64,000 bases of DNA from Candidatus Krumholzibacteriia bacterium (GTDB taxonomy: Bacteria > Krumholzibacteriota > Krumholzibacteriia > JAJRXK01): the NCBI GenBank assembly GCA_041484665.1, contig JBGPIA010000007.1, positions 132,003 through 196,002 on the forward strand, in the 5' to 3' direction. Below, in pieces: positions 59,133 through 64,000 of this stretch (the stretch's first letter is position 1; each line of letters opens with the position of its first letter). The notes under the pieces are model-generated. The model was given only the letters and a program-made list of their open reading frames with translations. It made no database searches and was not told where the DNA came from. The position numbers and the translations under genes were made by a program.

Positions 59133-59450
59133 TGTCAGCGCCGGGCCTAATGTACGAAGATTGTCGGAATAGAAAATCCCTCAAACGCTGGGCATCGTGT
59201 CCCTCCGTGGTCAACCCCCTGGCCCGCAGGAATCGATGGTGTATAAGGAGGACTTCCTGATGATTCAAGCACTTGCACAACGGGGCGTCTACCTGTGCGA
59301 CATCGCGGCACAGTTGGGCGTCCACCCCAAGACCGTCAGCCGCGCCCTGCAGCGCGGAGGCGCGCCCCGGGCGCGACGACAATCGGACCGGCCGCCCGCT
59401 GAAGCCGCACCTGGTCACCGTCGATCGCGTGCTCGAAGAGGGGGTGCGGT
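59133..59450 (+). mobile_element. IS21-family left end with frameshifted IstA N-terminus (ATG 59236)
   Basis: TGTCAGCGCC terminus; MVYKEDFLMIQAL.QRGVYLCDIAAQLGVHPKTVSRAL HTH, then LKPH...DRVLEEGV in another frame. Confidence 0.75.
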
Positions 59451-59451
59451 G

Positions 59452-60099
59452 CTACGCCACCTTCACCTTGACCAGGACAGGCTCGGTGAGGGTCACCCTG
59501 AGCTGCTGGCCGGCTGGGAGAACGATCTGGTTCCCCTTCGTCACCACCGCGACGCCGGTGCCGAGGATCCCACCGGCGGCCGCTCCTTCGAGGGCGCCTT
59601 TGCCCCCGCCGAGGATGGCCCCGACGATCGCGCCGCCGACGGCCCCTCCGGAGATGAGCTCCGCACTCTGCGTCCCGTCACTCTTGCCGACCACACGGAA
59701 TGGCTCGCACGCGATCGTGTATCGCTTGCCGTCCGGTGTCACCAGCTCGGTGAATCGGAGAGTAAGCTCTGCGGCGCCCTTGATCCGGCCCGCGTCCTCG
59801 ACATGGGTAACCTGCCCGTTCACGGTGGCCCCGGCGGGAACCAGCGTCACACCGTTCACGGCGATGGGCTCTAGAGTGCGCAAGCTGATCTCGTCGCCCA
59901 CCTTGTTCCTGTCGGTCGCCACCGCGCTCTGGAGGGCCGCAACGAAATTGGTGCCGCTCACCACCGTGGCCGCCTTGATGTTGGCGGCCTTCCTCTCGGC
60001 GCTTGTGCCGGCGCAGCCCGCGATCAGTGCCACGATGCCGAGCTGAATGGTCGCGCGCTGAAGGTTATGTAGGGCGTGTGTTTTCATAGTCCAGGTCAT
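59452..60099 (-). CDS. Lipoprotein with glycine zipper (VirB10/TrbI-like beta domain)
   Basis: Lipobox IAGC; VPAGATVNG.V; GGAVGGAIVGAILGGGKGA. Confidence 0.7.
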   Translation of the reverse strand: MTWTMKTHALHNLQRATIQLGIVALIAGCAGTSAERKAANIKAATVVSGTNFVAALQSAVATDRNKVGDEISLRTLEPIAVNGVTLVPAGATVNGQVTHVEDAGRIKGAAELTLRFTELVTPDGKRYTIACEPFRVVGKSDGTQSAELISGGAVGGAIVGAILGGGKGALEGAAAGGILGTGVAVVTKGNQIVLPAGQQLRVTLTEPVLVKVKVA

Positions 60100-60212
60100 G
60101 ACAACCTTCTTTCGTGTGTATCAGACACTTGTCTTCCTTGGGGAACCCCGCGGCTCCCGCAAGGATGAGCCCGCGGTCCTCCTGGGTTGTCTGCGGCGAC
60201 GATGCCCAGCAA

Positions 60213-60434
60213 TCAGACGGGCAAGAGCTTGCGCTTCGGGAGCACCAGGATCGCCACGCCCGCGACCAGCGAGAGCGCCCCGAAAATGGGGGAAATCGGA
60301 AAGGTCTTGTGTTCCGTGGCGGTAGCTTTCATGTCACCGATCTGGAGAACCGTCCGCTGGCGGTTGTAGTTGATCCCGCCATAGAGCAGTGCGACGATCC
60401 CGAGTGCCACGAGCGCGATGCCGATGATCTTCAT
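60213..60434 (-). CDS. Small two-TM protein (DUF3185-like)
   Basis: MKIIGIALVALG..ALLYGGINY...VLQIG......EHKT.PISP; GGAAGG RBS. Confidence 0.75.
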   Translation of the reverse strand: MKIIGIALVALGIVALLYGGINYNRQRTVLQIGDMKATATEHKTFPISPIFGALSLVAGVAILVLPKRKLLPV

Positions 60435-60464
60435 TTCACGTATTCCTTCCAGCCGAAGTGATGA

Positions 60465-60614
60465 TTAGACGGGCCTTCTGCCTTGAATGATCCGGAGCAG
60501 CACGACGACAACGGCGATGACGAGCAGCACGTGGATGAACCCGTGGAGGGTGAACGCCGTCACCAGGCCGAGCAGCCAAAGAACGATGAGCACTACTGCG
60601 ACGGTCCAGAGCAT
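60465..60614 (-). CDS. lmo0937-family small membrane protein
   Basis: MLWTVAVVLIVLWLLG....LHGFIHVLLVIAVVVVLLRIIQGR; GAGG RBS. Confidence 0.85.
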   Translation of the reverse strand: MLWTVAVVLIVLWLLGLVTAFTLHGFIHVLLVIAVVVVLLRIIQGRRPV

Positions 60615-60725
60615 AGACTTCCTCTTTTCTGCAGGAATACGTATGGCGAGATCGGATCTGGGACCACCTCCGCGCAATGATGCAGAGGTGAAGCTTGCCT
60701 TGTGCGCGAGCGATGGTCCATCCGG

Positions 60726-61050
60726 CTAGTGGTAGAAGGTCCAACCCGTGGTGAGCTTCAAGTCGGGCCCATTGCGGTAGGCGGCCTCATCATTGAGAGC
60801 CACCAGCGTCATGTCGTTGCCCACTCCCACCTCCGAGGTTGGGCTGGAAGCGGACGTGCTCCGCGAAATTCCAGAAGTCCATGTGCGCCCCGAACTCAAT
60901 CTGGTCCTGATTGATCGACATCCCGATGCGCGGGCCCCATCCGCGGAAGCCCATGTCGGCGGTACCTAGGTCCGCCTGGGCGGACCCGAGCGGAATGGAG
61001 AGGACACAGGGCGCGATGGCGGCGAGCGTTGTGATCAGAACCTTTCGCAT
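60726..61050 (-). pseudogene. Outer-membrane beta-barrel protein, frameshifted and apparently internally deleted
   Basis: Signal peptide plus GWGPRIG...RFQPNL. Removing one base gives EVGVGNDMTLVALN...KLTTGWTFYH*. Confidence 0.6.
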
Positions 61051-61797
61051 CTGTTGCTCCTTGTTTGGCCCGGACCATTCCCGAGGGGTCGTCGCGAGAT
61101 GGCGATGCTGCCCGCACACGCAGAGCGGGCCAAGCCCTGCGACCCAGCCGTAGCGGGGCGCTACGTCCAGAGGGAGGGCGGTCCAAGCGAATCGCTGCCG
61201 CAGCGGGCAGAATGGCCATCGCACTGAACCCCTCGGGAATAGTCCGGCTCAGGGCAGCTTGTTTCTCAGTGGGAGGCTGCCGAACCCTTCTTCTTCACTG
61301 ACCGCGGTGTAGGGGCCAGAGCTCACCTTCCTCTGAAGGTGCCTCTCAAGCTCTTTGGTCAATCAGATGTTCATGCGCTGAATGTATCCCTGATGACAAA
61401 GTTTAGCAATACTTATTATTGATGGTGTAAAAGATAGCAAAAATGGCCATTCGCTAGACTGAATGCCCAGGCGCGGTGCTGGGCGCGAACTGAACCGAAA
61501 ACCCGCAGGCCGCACATCATGTCTGAACGCTGGCGCTCGATGCCCCTCTCTGTAGCAGGCAGTGCGAAGGTGCCACCGGCGGAACCACCGGCCACAGACG
61601 GCGGGACCTTCATCGAGATGGCGGGGGACTCGAGGCATGCGGCTTCGTCTGCCCTCATGGGGTGGCCCCCAGCTCGGGATGGGATGCCGACGCCCGGGAG
61701 CGGCAGCGGACCCCTCATCTTCAGAGTCTCCGACTCTTCACCTCGAGCCCAACTTCCGCAGTTCGCGGGGTCGATTCTCGGTTTTTCAATGACTTAG

Positions 61798-62774
61798 CCC
61801 GGATCATTCATGAAGGCCACGCGTGAGGTGCTTGTGACGGATTCTGGCGGCAGTTTCTGGGTCGGGCCCTGGCTTTCGGGCACGGTTTGGCGTGCTGACT
61901 GCGCCGAAGTGCGAGTGAGGTCGCTGAATCGGGGTAGACGCGCTGGTCTTGGACACACCCCTGCCCAGCTGGGGCCGTCGAAGTTGCTTTGCCGAACGGT
62001 GAAGAGCCGCCTACGTGCTGAGACAGCCCAGGAGCCTCGCTGCGCGCGTCCAATCGTTCGCCCAGGGATGACTCGCCGAACGGTGAAGGATGATCTTCCG
62101 GACCGATGCCTCGATCCTGCCGCCGATCTTGATCAGCCGCAGGCGCACCGTCTCGACCTGGCAATCGGCGGCCGGCGTCCGCGACAGGACATGCCGCAGC
62201 TCTTGCAGCAGCACGTAGGTGACGGCCGTCAGCAGCACGCGCAGTTGATTCGTGCGCCCAGAAGCGCGTGCAGCTGGTGCGGTCCAGATACAGCGAGCCC
62301 TTGAGCTCCTTGATCCGGTTCTCGACGTCGCCCCGCTCGCGGTAGAGCTCGTAGATCGTCGCAGGAGTGACGTCGAGCTTGGTCACTACGTACCGGCGGT
62401 TGTCCTTCGGCGCGCGCTGCTCGAAGCGGACCACCTCTGCCTTCTAGACCACCCGGCGCGAGCCCTTCCACGATTTCGCAGCGTAGTACGTCTTTCCGAA
62501 CAGCGCGACCGTCTTGTAGCGAAGCCGGCTCAGCCGGCGCGCTCGGCCGATCGGACGCCGGCTGTGCCGCTTCAGGACCGGGTTTTCCCCCAGCGCCAGG
62601 AGGTAATCCACTTCCAGCACCTCTAGCAGTTCGAACAGCTCCGGACGGGGAGAGCCCCCATCCGCGCGGACCAGGATCTGGGCGAAGGGGAAGGCGACCT
62701 TTTTCAGCAGGAGGGCGCCCCCGTCCGAGGTGAGATCGGGCTCCTCGAAGCGGACGAAAAGGGGCCTGGCGAGC
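61798..62774 (-). mobile_element. IS1380-family transposase pseudogene with one terminal repeat
   Basis: LTSDGGALLL, VRADGG, RYVVT, YRERGDVENRIKELK, DRTSCTRF and TVRLRLIKIG, broken by a stop, a frameshift and a deletion. Terminus CCCGGATCATTCA at 61798. Confidence 0.85.
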
Positions 62775-63467
62775 CTACTTGGCTCCCACACCGATCCGGG
62801 GGCGCACGGTGAACACTCGATTGGGAGAGCCGTCAGCCTCCTCGAAAACGTAGCCGAATGCCCCGAGGTACGAGGCCACATCCGTGGAGCGGCCTTCGAC
62901 GATCAGGACCGGATGATCGCGCTCAAGAATGTTCGCCATTCCCTTCAAGACCGATAACTCGTGTCCCTCCACATCGACCTTGGCGAGTTGGACACGTTGG
63001 GGGATATTCAAGCACCCGATCGCGAGGCAGAGTACCGGGAGATCTGGAGCACCCTCGTTCAATGCCGCCTGGTAGTAGTTTCTCAGCCCTGTCTCGAACC
63101 TGGGTATGCTCATTCCGAGTACGGTGGTCTTGTCGGAGGCAGCTACGTTCAGCAGCGTAACGTTTCGGATAGGCAATCGGGCGACATTCGCAGCCAGAAG
63201 TGAGAAGGTATCGGGTACGGGTTCGAAAGCGAGCACTCTGCCCGCCTTCGAAACCAGCTCGGAAAGACGCAGCGTGTAGTGGCCAACGTTCGCCCCGACG
63301 TCCAGGACCCAGTCGCCGGCCGAGACCCATTCGTGAAGTCTGTGGAATTCCCGCTCGTCCGTGCCAAACGTCCGCCTCCGGATTTGCCATCCGTAGTTTA
63401 GGCGCTTCAGCTCGTGCTGGTGCTGGAGAGGGAGGAGGCTTGCCAGCCGCTTCAGAAAGTGGATCAT
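62775..63467 (-). CDS. FkbM-family methyltransferase
   Basis: VLDVGANVG, VLAFEP and KVDVEGHELSVLKG. Confidence 0.92.
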   Translation of the reverse strand: MIHFLKRLASLLPLQHQHELKRLNYGWQIRRRTFGTDEREFHRLHEWVSAGDWVLDVGANVGHYTLRLSELVSKAGRVLAFEPVPDTFSLLAANVARLPIRNVTLLNVAASDKTTVLGMSIPRFETGLRNYYQAALNEGAPDLPVLCLAIGCLNIPQRVQLAKVDVEGHELSVLKGMANILERDHPVLIVEGRSTDVASYLGAFGYVFEEADGSPNRVFTVRPRIGVGAK

Positions 63468-63796
63468 CCGTCAGCCTCTCGCTTCTAGCCGTCGTGGCCG
63501 CGGTCGATCTGCCGTTGCCAGCGGGGATACAGATCGGTGTCGATTCTCGATCGGACGAAAACGCCCATCCTCCGCGCGGAGCGATTGGCCCCAACCGGCG
63601 ACGTCAGGCGAAGGGGGGCGGCCGTGCACGACTGTGGCGTCACCCGCTGGGCCAGCCCGGCGTCCCCATCACCTGGGCCCGGGGCGGCAAGCCGGGGCCA
63701 AGCTCGCCTCGAGGACGCGGTGGTCCTTCCTGCCACCCGGACTCAGCCTGCCAGACCGACCGGCTGCGAGCCAACCTCTTCTTCCAACTGATCAGC

Positions 63797-63859
63797 TGCG
63801 CATTTCGCCCATGGTGATCAGTCAGATCGGGCTCGTGATCGCTGGGATCGGCGGATCGT
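63797..63859. mobile_element. Probable IS21-family (IS408-like) terminal repeat array, interrupted
   Basis: TGCGCATTTCG followed by repeated GTGATC...GATCGG units. Confidence 0.45.
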
Positions 63860-64000
63860 TGTAGACGGCCACGGGTTTCCGCGTGTTTTTGACGCGGCGT
63901 AGCTGGCGAGGCAGGACGCGGTCAGTCTGTTTTGCGTTGGCGCCACGAGTCGGCCTCGATGTCGAGCACGTGGCAGTTCTCGGTGAAGCGATCCACCAGC
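63860..64000 (-). mobile_element. istB: IS21-family right end with IstB C-terminus (stop at 63922-63924)
   Basis: Minus-strand LVDRFTENCHVLDIEADSWRQRKTD*; terminus TGTAGACGGCC at 63860. Confidence 0.7.

Overview
High-GC bacterial window. C-terminal sorting motifs suggest an FCB-associated candidate phylum such as Krumholzibacteriota, Eisenbacteria or Latescibacterota (inference). (1) 1-2.3 kb: 5' part of hemL, then a cysteine dioxygenase/YeiH pair. (2) 2.4-16.3 kb, minus strand: a tightly coupled anaerobic respiratory cluster. It comprises an Rrf2 regulator, a YccM-like polyferredoxin, a GltD/NfnL-like FAD-FeS oxidoreductase, a Tat Rieske protein, cytochrome b, a hexaheme cytochrome c, and a Tat-exported type II DMSO-reductase-family molybdoenzyme (NarG-like alpha, beta, heme-b gamma, chaperone). 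This is the best candidate for a novel system. (3) 16.8-35 kb: B12 radical SAM, LMF1, a heme operon (hemE-hemN-hemY-hemC-[secreted protein]-hemB), an RluA-methyltransferase fusion, DUF190-crcB, secreted proteins and menG/ubiE. A 24-bp near-palindrome occurs twice, each time upstream of a secreted-protein gene. (4) 35-58 kb: a TPR-CHAT protein and a Wzx/Wzy polysaccharide locus with unusual tailoring genes. (5) 58-64 kb: nested, decayed IS66/IS91/IS21/IS1380 remnants mixed with small membrane genes. No rRNA, tRNA or CRISPR array was seen. All calls come from motif recognition by eye, without database searches. Several starts were moved downstream of the supplied ORF starts.
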